Positions 52,152-64,000 of a stretch of 64,000 bases of DNA are shown here, one piece after another. The translations under genes were made by a program, and so were the position numbers. Every line of letters begins with the position of its first letter. Within the stretch, counting starts at the first letter, position 1. The DNA comes from Leucoraja erinacea (taxonomy: Eukaryota), in assembly GCF_028641065.1 (NCBI RefSeq), contig NC_073384.1, forward strand, positions 57,412,001 through 57,476,000, given 5' to 3'. Below the pieces are notes generated by a model, which saw only the letters and a program-made list of their open reading frames with translations, made no database searches and was not told the origin of the DNA.

Positions 52152-52699
52152 CTACGGAGGGCAAGGAAAGAGAAGAAAATTAAAAGGCAAGTAAAAGAAT
52201 TCCAGTAAAAGAATGAAAGAAGGAAAGATGTTGGCAAGCTGGGAAGGGTGTAGAGAAGATTTATGAGGATGTAGCCAGGACTTAAAGGCCTGAGCTGTAG
52301 GGAGAGTCTGAGCAGGCTAAGACTCTATTCCTTGGAGCGCAGGAGGATGAAGGGTAATCTCACAGAGGTGTACTAAATCATGGGAGGAATAGATCGGGTA
52401 GGGTGCGGATGCTGAAGGGTGATAACATAGAACTCGTGTGAATGGGTGATTGATGGTGAGCATGGACAGAAGTGTGAAGGGTCTGTTTCCATCATTCAAT
52501 CATGGATAAGCAACGTTTCAGGTTGGGACCCTTCTTCATTCCGATGATAGTAGGGAGGGGAAAGCTGGGAGTGAGGTGAGGACAGGACAAAGCCTGGCGA
52601 GTGTATGTTCAATACAGATGAGGAAGATGTACACAAAATATACACTAAAATATACACTGGGATATAAGATCAGCAACAGAAATGGGGGGGAAACAATAG

Positions 52700-53715
52700 C
52701 GCATGGAGTTTTAATCCCATCAAGTGTGAGGTGTTGCACTTTGGGAGGTGGAATGCAAGGGGAAAATACACAATTAATGGCAAGATCCCAAACAACGTTG
52801 ATGTACAGAGGGATCTTGAAGCTCAGGTCCACAACTCCCTGAAAGTGGCAACACAAGTAGAGAAGGCATATGATATGCTTGCCTACACTGGACGGGACAT
52901 TGCTGACAAGAGTCAGGAAGTCATGATGCAACTGTACAGAACTTTAGATAGGTCGTATTTGGAGTAATGCATGCAGTTCTGGTCACCCCATTACAGGAAG
53001 GGTGCGGAGGCCTTCAAAAAGGTGCAGAAATGGTTTACCAGAATGATGCCTGGATTAGGGGGTATTAGCTACAGGGAGAGGTTGGACAGACTCGAATTAT
53101 TTTCTCTAGAATGCTGGAGGTTGAGGGGAGAAGTATATAAAATTATGAGAGGCATAGATGGGATAGAAACTTTTACCCAGGATGAAAATATGATTTACTA
53201 GAGGGAATATCTTTAGGGTGAGAGGGCAAAGTTTAAAGGAGATGTGCAGAGCAAGATTTTTTTTACACAAAGGGTGGTGAGTGCTTCTACCTCACTGCCA
53301 GTGATGGTGGTTGAGGCAGATACAATAGTGACATTTAAGAGACATTTGGATAGGCACATGGATATGCACAAGAGCGGAACTCACTATCAAAACATGGAGG
53401 GGAAGGGGGACAATTTTTTGGTGGCCACGCGCGCATGCGCACACTCACACACACGCGCGAGGCTTCGGAGGCTCAATCCAGCGCTAAAAACTGAGATTTT
53501 AAAATCGGGATCACAAAAACTTGGGGGGGATGTCCCCACCTCTCAAAACATGGAGGGGACATGTCCCCTCTGCCCCCCCCCGGGTTTTCCGCCCCTGGAT
53601 ATGCAGGGAAGAGAGGGATCTGGATCATGTGCAGAGGGTTAAGAGTTGGTCTTGGCATTATGTTCAGCATAGACATTGTGGGCCAAATGACCTGTTCCTG
53701 TGCTGCTTTGTTCTA
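52700..53715 (+). mobile_element. CR1 3' fragment
   Basis: QFWSPHYRK..SYRERLDRL..FFTQRVV. Confidence 0.88.
53369..53597. mobile_element. hAT MITE inside CR1
   Basis: 8-bp TSD gatatgca; TIRs caagagcggaa and ttccgcccctg. Confidence 0.85.
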
Positions 53716-54802
53716 CGTTTCGATTCAGGGCAGAACGGAGATGACATGAAGAGGCAAGGTGACCAGCCTGCACACCATGCTACAAACCTCACGGCTGGCA
53801 ATCACCAAGGTCAATTAGGTGTTCTGAGGAGGTGCAAACAATTCTTGTCCGCAGCAATGCAGGAATCTGGTTTCAAGCCTATCTAAGCCTCTCATGTTTC
53901 ATGTACATCTACCAGGTCTCCCCTCAACCTCTAGCGTTCCAGAGAAAACAATTAGTCTAAGTCCTATCAAGCAATAAAGCATGGGCAGTAGCTCAATGCC
54001 CAGGAGCAAAAGGGAGTCAGTGACAAGGGATTAGAGACCTGCTACTTCCAGCATTTTCTCTTTTCAGTTTCATTAATATCATCACTTTCCTCCTATTGAT
54101 CCGCAGTAGCAACATAGAAGAACCTTCATGTTAATTCACTGTGGCAATTTCTGCAATATATAGATAGAAACATAGAAACATAGAAAATAGGTGCAGGAGT
54201 AGGCCATTCGGCCCTTCGAGCCTGCACCGCCATTCAATATGATCGTGGCTGATCATCCAACTCACGGGGAATAAAATCAAATGCAGACCCAAGCATATAA
54301 TTTGTTCCTTCCTATCAATCCATCACAGCTCAAACATTGCTTTCCTTAAATTCACTGACCAGATTCCCTATATCTGTGCATCTCATGCAATTGCTGGCAA
54401 GAAGGGGGGGAGAGGCAAGGATCAGGAGGGAATTGTCTTCTATTGGGGAACATTGCTTTCAAGTGATGCAAATGAAACAAAAGTTGAATGGCATTGCCAC
54501 GTGACTCCTTCATATTGCATGCATGTATTACAAGATGTGTTACTAGGAATAAATGTATACACAACAAAATCAAGAAAAGGATAGTAAAACAGAATAGTGT
54601 GAACTTCAAGTTTGGGAGGACACTGAAGATTCATCTTCCGTGCCGATAGGCAGAAGTAGGAAATTCTTGCTATTGAGGGAGTGCAGCGTAAGTTCACAAG
54701 GTTAATTCCCGGGATGATGGGACTATCATATGATAATAATAATAATAATAACTTTATTTATAAAGCGCTTTTAGACAACATCAGTTACCACAAAGTGCTG
54801 TA

Positions 54803-54983
54803 CATGGGAAGTCAACAAAAATTTATTACAAACTACTAAAACCATTAAGACGACAGGACTATAAAAACAGTAAAAATTAAAAGACATTAAAAGCACTAAT
54901 GTCTTTTAATTTTTACTGTTTTTATAGTCCTGTCGTCTTAATGGTTTTAGTAGTTTGTAATAACTTTTTGTTGACTTCCCATG
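54803..54983. repeat. Long inverted repeat, 87-bp arms, 7-nt loop
   Basis: 54803-54889 is the reverse complement of 54897-54983, with one mismatch seen. Confidence 0.95.
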
Positions 54984-55504
54984 ATGAAAGAATGGAATGA
55001 CTGGGCTTGTATTCACTGGAATTTAGAAGGATGAGAAGAGATCTTATAGAAACATATAAAATTATTAAGGGATTGAACATGCTACATCAGTGCTTCTCAA
55101 ACCATTTCAGTGTTATTCACCCTTGAGTCTTTATCACAAAATTTCATTCATCCTCGACTACATTTTATTATGTTATTTTGGTAATTTTCATCTTATTCTC
55201 CCTTGTGTATCATTTTATATATAATTGATTTTGTCACATGAGCAAAAATTAAAAATTAACTAATTTCTTAAGTGTTTGTTTTATTCAACTTTATGAACAT
55301 CCTAAAAATATGTAAAGAAAACCAGGAGTGAAAAAAGTTTCATTACCACTGGATTTGGAAAATCATTCTATTAGAATGATTTAAAAAACCATTACAACAT
55401 CTAAACACTGGGCTTCAGCCCCATCTTACCCTTTCGGGCTTTGATTACTGCAGTTTTTTCTTAGAAAACTAGCTCAAAAAACCATGAAGTATGTGATGTA
55501 ATAC

Positions 55505-56062
55505 ATTTGCGTACAGTTTTGGTCTCTTAATCTGAGGAAAGATTCTTGCCATAGAGGGAGTACAGAGAAGGTTCACCAGACTGATTCCTGGGATGTCAGA
55601 ACTTTCATATGAAGAAAGACAGGATAGACTCGGCTTGTACTCACTAGAATTTAGAAGATTAAGGGGGGATCTTATAGAAACTTACAAAATTCTTAAGGGG
55701 TTGGACAGGCGAGATGCAGGAAGATTGTTCCCGATGTTGGGGAAGTCCAGAACAAGGGGTCACAGTTTAAGGATAAGGGGGAAGTCTTTTAGGACCGAGA
55801 TGAGAAAAACATTTTTCACACAGAGAGTGGTGAATCTGTGGAATTCTCTGCCACAGAAGGTAGTTGAGGCCAGTTCATTGGCTATATTTAAGAGGGAGTT
55901 AGATGTGGCCCCTGTGGCTAAAGGGATCCGGGGGTATGGAGAGAAGGCAGGTACAGGATACTGAGTTGGATGATCAGCCATGATCATATTGAATGGCGGT
56001 GCAGGCTCGAGGGGCCGAATGACCTACTCCTGCACCTATTTTCTATGTTTCTATGTTTCTAT
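55505..56062 (+). mobile_element. Young HER1-like CR1 3' end
   Basis: Intact 123-aa ORF2 tail and ttctatgt repeats. Confidence 0.95.
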
Positions 56063-56526
56063 TAGTATCCAATTAATATAACTTTCTATAACTCTCTCTG
56101 ACGAAAGCTCACAATACCGCCAAATATCAACTTTGGCAGCTAAATTGCTGCACAAAGTAAAGCAACAGTTCAACAGTTGCCTACAGCGATCCTCCAGTGT
56201 TGCCATTTATAAATGTATGATCCCACTAGCTCCTCTGGTCTTCCCTAAAAGGTTGTATTACAGTAAATTTGGGAAATATCCTGCTGCTTTGAAATTAGAA
56301 AACCATAGGCAGAGAGAAAAAAACATAGCAAGTTTCCAGTTCAACTGCCATTAAAACCAATGAGCTTCAAGAAGTCATGTGAAGAGAGTTTATTGTCATG
56401 TGTCCCAGATAGGGCAATGAAATTCTTGCTTGCTGCAGCACGACAGAATAGTTTAGGCATAACTACAGATCAGATCATTGTGATCATATACCATAGAATA
56501 TATAATACACACATAAATACACAGAT

Positions 56527-57490
56527 AGGTGTGGTAAATTGGATTAGTAAGTATGCAGATTATACCAAGATAGGGGGTGTTGTGGATAATGAGGAGGATT
56601 TCCAAAGTCTACAGAGTGATTTAGGCCATTTGGAAAAATGGGCTGAAAGATGGCAGATGGAATTTAATGCTGATAAATGTGAGGTGCTACACCTTGGCAG
56701 GACAAATCAAAATAGGACGTACATGGTAAATGGTAGGGAATTGAAGAATACAGTTGAACAGAGGGATCTGGGTATAACCGTGCATAGTTCCTTGAAGGTG
56801 GAATCTCATATAGATAGGATGGTAAAGAAAGCTTTTGGTATGCTAGCCTTTATAAATCAGAGCATTGAGTATAGAAGCTGGAATGTAATGTTAAAATTGT
56901 ACAAGGCATTGGTGAGACCAAATCTGGAGTATGGTGTACAATTTTGGTCGCCCAATTATAGGAAGGATGTCAACAAAATAGAGAGAGTGCAGAGGAGATT
57001 TACTAGAATGTTGCCTGGGTTTCAAAAACTAAGTTACAGAGATAGGTTGAATAAGTTAGGTCTTTATTCTCTGGAGCGCAGAAGGTTAAGGGGGGACCTG
57101 ATAGAGGTCTTTAAAATGATGAGAGGGATAGACAGAGTTGATGTGGACAAGCTTTTCCCTTTGAGAATAGGGAAGATTCAAACAAGAGGACATGACTTCA
57201 GAATTAAGGGACAGAAGTTTAGGGGTAATATGAGGGGGAAGTTCTTTACTCAGAGAGTGGTAGCGGTGTCGAATGAGCTTCCAGTGGAAGTGGTGGAGGC
57301 AGGTTCATTGGTATCATTTAAAAATAAATTGGATAGGCATATGGATGAGAAGGGAATGGAGGGTTATGGTATGAGTGCAGGCAGGTGGGACTAAGGGGAA
57401 AAAAAAATTTTGTTCGGCACGGACTTGTAGGGCCGAGATGGCCTGTTTCCGTGCTGTAATTGTTATATGGTTATATGGTTATATGGTTAT
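56527..57490 (+). mobile_element. Young CR1, 5' truncated, open ORF2 C-terminus
   Basis: ISKYADYTKIGG..WQMEFNADKC..LVRPNLEYGVQFWSP open to the stop at 57394; (ggttatat)n tail. Inserted in a minus-strand Rex1-like piece (56385-56526 and 57491-57830). Confidence 0.95.
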
Positions 57491-59659
57491 AAAGTGTAAT
57501 AGGCAGTTATAGTTCATAGTTTGTTTGAAATTGTGGTTAATAGTCTGATGGCTGTGGGGAAGAAGCTGTTTCTGAACCTGGACGTTGCAGATTTCAGGCT
57601 CCTGTACCTTCTACCTGGTGGCAGCAGTGAGATGAGTGTGTAGCCAGGATGGTGTGGGTCCTTGATGCTGCTGGCAGCCTTTGAGGCAGCGCCTGTGATA
57701 GATCCCCTCGATGATAGGGAGGTCAGAGCCAATGATGGACTGGGCAGTGTTTACAACTTTTTGCAGCCTTTTCTGCTCCTGGATGCTCAGGTTGCCGTAA
57801 CAAGCCACGATGCAACTGGTCAGCATGCTCTTACAAACCACTTTAAAAGCAATGCCTTTTTTAAGTATCGAAAAAAAAAAATTAATATCTGAATAAATTA
57901 AGTAATTCACCTTTCATTCACCCCTCTAGTTTCATTCACCCCAAAATAATTGCATTCGCCCTTGGGTGAACCATTCACCAGTTTAAGAAGCACTGCGCTA
58001 GATGCAGGAACATTTTTCCCAGTGTTGTGGGAGTCCAGAACCAGAGGCCTCAGTATAAGAATAAGGGGAAGGCCTTTTAGAACTGAGAGTTGGAAAACTT
58101 TTTCACCCAGAGTGTTGTGAATTTGTGGAATTCTCTGCCTCAGAAGGCAGTGGAGGCCGATTCACTGGATGCATTAAAAAGAGAGTTAGATAGAGCTCTT
58201 AGGACTAGCGGAACGAAGGGATATGGGGAGAAGGCAGGAACTGGGTACTGATTGTGGATGATCAGCCATGATCACATTGAATGTTGGTGCTGGCTGGAAG
58301 AGCTGAATGGCCTACTCCTGCACCTATTTATGCATCTATGTATGATCCTAGGCTATGCTCCTTTATTTCTAAACCTGCTTCCAGTTCTTGTCTTTCCTTT
58401 GTATTATGTTCCTATATTATTATATGCAAATGTCAAAAGGCACCTTTAAGTTGAAGACGAGTACACATTCACTCCGAAGAATATCGTGTTGCATGTAAGT
58501 AATCATGCTTCTGGGCTAGGTTGCAGCCATTTTGTACAAAAAGACCTTCAAAGTTATTTTAAAAAAAGCATTTTAATTGCTGGCTGCAGCTTCAAAATTG
58601 TGCCATAGTGGAATATAGGTATAAATGGTAAACAATAAAATAAGGCTTCATGGTTATTCAAGGAATGGGGCCGAGTCAAAATAAATGCAAGGACAAGATG
58701 AGAGATAACATTTATATCGAAAACACTTCGGCCATGGAAAATAACCTTACCGATAGTTTCATCTTGGCAGATATTTGCCCACATCTGTTCCCAGATCCTG
58801 CAGGCAATGTGCATAGCACTAACACTGACTGCCACCTACTGCCAGGGACACTGTAATGCTGACTAAATAAGACTTCTCTTCATATACATGAAGCAGCACT
58901 TCCATTTTGCTAGCTGTCTTACACACACAGTTCCAATCAGAAAGCAAAGACTCAATTCCTGCTTCCATAGGCACTGATTTTGCCAGCTATGCTTGCATTA
59001 AAGAAACAACTAACAAAAATCTCTTCTAGCATTTCCCATTGCTTAACAACGCAAATATTACAATGGAAGGACATATGCAGATTGATGGCCAGCTCCATGG
59101 ATATATTCCAATGGAAAGATGTTTGACTTTACTGCAATGCATTCAAAACTAGCAGATTAAATTTCACACTGTAAACAGTACAGCGAAACAAACTACCAAG
59201 GACCTTCCAAACATATGATAAAGATCTTATGTTACTATTTTAAACAATCAAGTCCACAGTGTTTGTATTCAGAATGGATCAAAGTGTTTGGCCTTGTGTC
59301 TAAGCTGCAGGCATTATAATACCACAGGAAATGGAAGAGATACCTAGTTTGCAGATTCTAGGGGACCGTCGCATCCCTTAAATTACATTATATTTGTCAA
59401 CTCTCTCACAGCAGAGGTAACTATTTAGCCATCAAGTTAATGTTAACCCAGAGCATTTTGTATTTGTTGCAATCTCCCCCCCCCCATTCAGTTTATCATA
59501 AAGCTAATGTACATGTATGTAGGAGAGGAAACTTTGGAAATTTAAAGAATACTGATACAATAGGTAATGATAAACAGTGTGGCAGGGTAGAACGGAGTGA
59601 ATCTCAGTAAAAGTGCAACATCAAATGTTGTCAAAGTAGGGGAAAGTGAAGACAAGCCA

Positions 59660-61340
59660 AAACTAAATGTTAAAACAAATCTTGATTAGAATGCACACAA
59701 CGTTTATGACAGGATAGCTGAATTAGTACCCGCAAACAGGTGGATTGATTTCTCTAAAAATAATTGCAGAGGTGAGGTTGGAAATTGACAGGGATTGACT
59801 TCTTATCCCAAGGTATCAAATTTCAGATCATCATCAGAAAGGAAAGTGAGTTAAAGACAGTGGGCAGAATTTGAAGCTTTGATAATGAAAGATGATATTA
59901 GCTACACAAACACAAAAATATCATCTGTTTGGGTAGAGATTAGGAATAAGGGGTAGAAAACACAGGTGGAGGTTTCCTTCATGGTAGCAATTTTGGACAT
60001 ATTTTCAGTTCCCAAATAAAGGGGCTTCCATCATGCACTCACTTTCATAAAAACTGGACGAAGATGGTCTTGAGAATAAACGTGAAATGAACCCTTAACA
60101 GTTTCTTAGAATAAAGGGTTATTGATCCAGAGGTGAACACCTTATTTTGCATCTTGTCACGGATATTGATATAGGTATAATTAGCTCTTATTTTATACGT
60201 TCCTCTGGGAAGCAGTGATCATAATTTGCTAAACTCCCATTTCAGGTTGTAAGTGACATACTCAAGTTTGAATCTAAGGTCTTACATAAATAAAAAGCAA
60301 TTGCATTGATATGAGACACAAGTAGATTAAAATAATAGCCTAAAAGAAATACATGTCGTAGTGGTTTTTTGAAGAAATATTTTATAATATGCACTCCATT
60401 GATAAATGAAGATGTCACGGAAAAGGTGATCCCTTCATCCATGGCTGGCTAAAGTAGGCAAGATTCATATTACATTGAAAGAAAAGACAAGGTTTTAACT
60501 GTAGCAGCTTTGAGAATCAGGAGAATTTGGCTGATCTCTGCCTCCTAATCTCATTTTCCTGCCTTCTCCCCATAACCCTTGACACCCGTTTGTGACTCAC
60601 TGACCAAACCAGAGTGTAGGGGAAGAGGTTCATTGTGCCTTTGGGGACTAGTAAAGTGAAATTTCACTATCAATCATGGATCGGGCCTTTCTTTAACCAG
60701 AATGCTGCCTGTTTTAAAAGAAATTTAGCTACAAGATGAGGTTCGACAAATTTTGATTTATTTTCTCTGGAACTTTGGAGGCTGAGGGGAGACCAGATGG
60801 AAGTTTACACAATTATGAGAGGCTTAGATAGGGGAGACAGTCAGACCTTTGGGGGGGGATGGAACAGGGGTAGAGATGGAGGCAGATACCACACTGTTGT
60901 TTAAAATCTTCTGGATAGACTTGTGGATCTGCAGGGAATGGAGGGATATGGATCACATACAGGCAGAGGAGATTAGTTTAACTTGGCATCACATTTTGCA
61001 CAGGACATTGTGGGTCTAAGGACCTTTTACTGTTCTGTACTGTTCTATGAGGAAGAGAGACACCAAAATATGGCTGGCATGTTTGCCTAGCCTCAAAAAC
61101 CAGGAAAATGATTGAATCAATTGCTAACAGAAGTGATAACAGAGCATTTAGAAAAGCATAGCATTGTTCCACGGGGTGAAAAAGGTTACAAGAAAGAATC
61201 TGTGTCAAACAAATTAATTAGAAATCTTTGAGGTTGTAACTATCAGGAGAGATAAAGACTAACAGTATATGTAGTGTGTTTCGATTTCAAAAAGGCAATT
61301 GGTAAGAAGTCACAAAAGAGTATTGCACAAGGGCTCAAGA
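59660..61340 (+). mobile_element. Highly degenerate CR1 endonuclease/RT remnants with younger inserts
   Basis: LNAH, SVWVEIRN, PLGSSDHN and DFKKA motifs. Confidence 0.6.
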
Positions 61341-62152
61341 TAATGATAGCAACATATTATAGACAAAAGATTAAGTGAACATTCAGAAAATAAATACCCC
61401 ATGGATAAACCACCATGCAAAGTGCCCACCAGACGACAAAAAATAGCTTTTAAAAATAAAAACATGTTCACTCAGATTATCCTTTTGATATTTTTAAAGG
61501 TTTCCTTATACTGCTGGAATTATGGAGTAGAACAAAGCATTTAACACTAAAAAAACAGTAAAATTCAACAAATCAGGCAGCCTCTGTGGGGAGCGAGAAG
61601 CAGAGTTAGTGGGAGTCATTCATGCTGTTAAATGATATGCAGCTGAGTTCTGGCCCTCAGCTTCCTACAATCTATATTAGTGACTGTGATGGAGGAGGGA
61701 AACGGCAGAGAACTATGTCCTGTGGCCAACCAAATCTATATTGACTACCAACCATCCATTTGTACTAATCCTACATTAAACCTTGTTTCATGTTTCTCCC
61801 AGAGTCTGTCACTCACCCAACACAAAGGCGTAATTTTACTGTCCAATTTACACACAATCCCACACTTTGAGACATGGGAGGAAATTGCAGGAAACTCCTA
61901 TGGTCACAGGCAGAACATGCAAACTCCACACAGACAGCACTGAAGGTCAGGACTGAACGTGGTCCCCAGCAGTGAAGCAGCACCTCTACTAGTTGTTGAG
62001 AAATAGTGGGAAATATGGGATGGTCCGCTTCGGTAAGAAGATATTTAAAAGTTACTTGGAGAGGTAGATATCCTCATACAGGAAGCAAAGATAGCGTGTA
62101 AATACAGAAAACAAACAGGAAGCAAATCGATATTGCTCTTTATTGCTAAGGG

Positions 62153-63223
62153 CAGGGCCGGCCTTAGGAGGTGCAGGGCCCAATTGGGAACAATTTTGGA
62201 GAGCCCCAGGTTCCCAGCTATGGTCTGTAGAATCGTAGAAATATAAATAAAGTCTATTATAAACATTATATCTCTATGGCAGAATGGAAAGTAATGAAAA
62301 TGTGCGCTTAAAAAGATTTTTGGCCATCTAACTCAGGGTCCCCCTCCGCTGTGCAGGACAAGAGGATTTTTCCCATCGATGAAAAATAAAACAGTTATTA
62401 ATGTTTAAAAATGTTGAGATTCTCTCTCCTGTCAATAACTGCCAGGACGGCCACGCCCCTTCTTGTGGGTGGGGGGACAATAAAACCCGGAAGTGTGGGC
62501 GTGGCTCAGTCTCTGCAAGATGGGGGAGGGAGAGGTCACCTTGGTAGCCTTGCACCCTGCTTGAAATGGTAGGAAACTTTGTTTGAATGGAGTTTCAAGG
62601 AATAGCCATGAGTCAACTGCCAGTCCACCAGCCGTGAGTGAGTGAGCTGCCAGCCCAATGAAAGCCTCTGTGAAATGAAAATCCTACCCTTTTGTGGGGG
62701 GAGGGTGTGTGTAAAGGAGGAAGGAGTGAGGGAAGGAGTGAAAGGAGGGAGGAAAGGGAAGAAGGGAAGAAGGGAGGGAGATGGCCGGCGGCGTGAGCGG
62801 ATGCCGGGGTCCGGGCGGACGGGTGTGCGCTGAGGCCGAGGTTTGTAAACATTGCTCCAACCCCCGGCCCGACCCTACCAGTATGTTTCATTGCGTCACC
62901 CCGGGGAGAGAGAGGGGTGGAGCCAGGGCTGTGTGCGTGAAGCACGGCGACTGGAGAGGCGGGAGCGCTGCCCCAGGACCGTGAAGGATCGACACACATC
63001 CCCCTTCTCCATTCCCCCTCACACCACCCTCCCCGTCTACCCCTTTCTCCCCGTCTACCCCTTTCTTCCCCCTCCACCCTTCTACTCTCTCCCCACCACT
63101 CTCTCCCCCCTCCACTCGGGGTAGATCTACCGGAGCCAAGAGTAGATTACTCTAGCGCGGGATCTCCTTAGGCGCGGGGCCCAATTGGGAGCAATTGGTC
63201 CAATTGGCTTAAGGCCGGCCCTG
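62153..63223. mobile_element. hAT non-autonomous element
   Basis: TIRs cagggccggcctta and taaggccggccctg; 8-bp TSD gctaaggg/gctaacgg; subterminal ccaattgg palindromes. Confidence 0.85.
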
Positions 63224-63649
63224 GCTAACGGCAACACAGTCTCATAATTTTATAACTATGCAAGGCATTAGTGGTATGCAACAATGCTAAAAGAAATTTC
63301 CTCTTTAAAATGGTAATTTGTTTTAATACACAAGGAACTGCAGGTACTGGTTTACAAAAAAAGACACAAAGTGCTGGAGTCACTCAGATTCGGTGGATCA
63401 GGCAGTTTCTCTGGAGAGCATTTTGGTTTGGAACCCTTCTTTAGACTGATTGTGGTGGTGAGGGGGAGCTGGGAGAGAGGAAGGGGAGGATAAAGCCTGG
63501 CCAGTGATAGTTGGATGCAGGTGAGAGGGGGCGCGGGGAGGTGATCAGCAGATGGTTGGACAAAGGCCAGAGATAAAAAGACAAAAGGTGTGAGGATTGA
63601 AGTGTGAGGTGCAAATAGAGCAGCCGGAGGAAGGGGAGAAATTACATTT

Positions 63650-63965
63650 CATGTAGTGGAAGAGTCTGGAACCAGAGGGCACAGCCTCAGAATAAAAGGA
63701 CGTACCTTCAGAATACAGGTGAGGAGGATTTCTTATAGCTAGAGGGTGGTGAATCTGTGGAATTCATTGCCACATGGAGCTGTGGAGGTGAAGTCATTTG
63801 GTATTGTTCAACCAAAGATTGATAGAATTCTTGATTAGTAAGGGTGTCAAAGGTTACGTGGAAAATGGCAGGAAACTGAGTTGAGAGGGAAAAATAGATC
63901 AGCCATGACTGAATGGAGGAGTAGATTCAATGGGCTGAATGGCCTAATTTTGCTCCTATGTCTAG
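63650..63965 (+). mobile_element. CR1 3' fragment
   Basis: TRGHSLRIKG..RVVNLWNSLP. Confidence 0.85.
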
Positions 63966-64000
63966 TGGTCTGAATTGGAATGAGTCCAGGTGGGGCACAG

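Larger units (their letters stand above)
55088..57995. mobile_element. hAT-Charlie-like non-autonomous transposon carrying nested LINEs
   Basis: TIRs cagtgcttctcaaac and gtttaagaagcactg; degenerate 8-bp TSD tgctacat/cgctagat. Confidence 0.8.
54645..58340 (+). mobile_element. CR1 3' fragment split by nested insertions
   Basis: Colinear pieces at 54645-54732, 54984-55087 and 57996-58340. Confidence 0.85.

Noticed and set aside
56360-57394. 344-aa ORF as a novel gene
   Set aside because: Chance fusion of flanking sequence to a 5'-truncated CR1 ORF2; most of the RT domain is missing.
62613-63139. ORFs and a CpG/GC-box promoter-like stretch
   Set aside because: Inside a TSD-flanked hAT element; low complexity.

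Overview
This window is eukaryotic DNA from a cartilaginous fish, probably a skate or ray, judged from the HE1/V-SINE and HER1-like CR1 repeats. It holds five internal coding exons of RPS6KC1 (MIT domain to the start of the split pseudokinase domain) on the minus strand: 51780-52151, 32309-32433, 25024-25116, 11396-11443 and 4972-5104. All have GT-AG sites and splice in frame. The rest is intron filled with transposons: CR1, Rex1/L2, L1, RTE and Penelope fragments, V-SINEs, a Tc1 element, a probable Helitron, hAT/P/Harbinger MITEs and a gag-only endogenous retrovirus. There is one 156-N gap. Most long ORFs in the track are repeat-derived or low-complexity. I see no new protein system. The best non-obvious signals are RNA structures: a candidate HDV-like ribozyme starting exactly at the 5' end of a complete 431-bp RTE-derived element, dispersed minimal hammerhead motifs from Penelope repeats, an 87-bp fold-back hairpin, and young inverted LINE pairs bracketing exons. 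Family names come from recognised motifs, not database searches.
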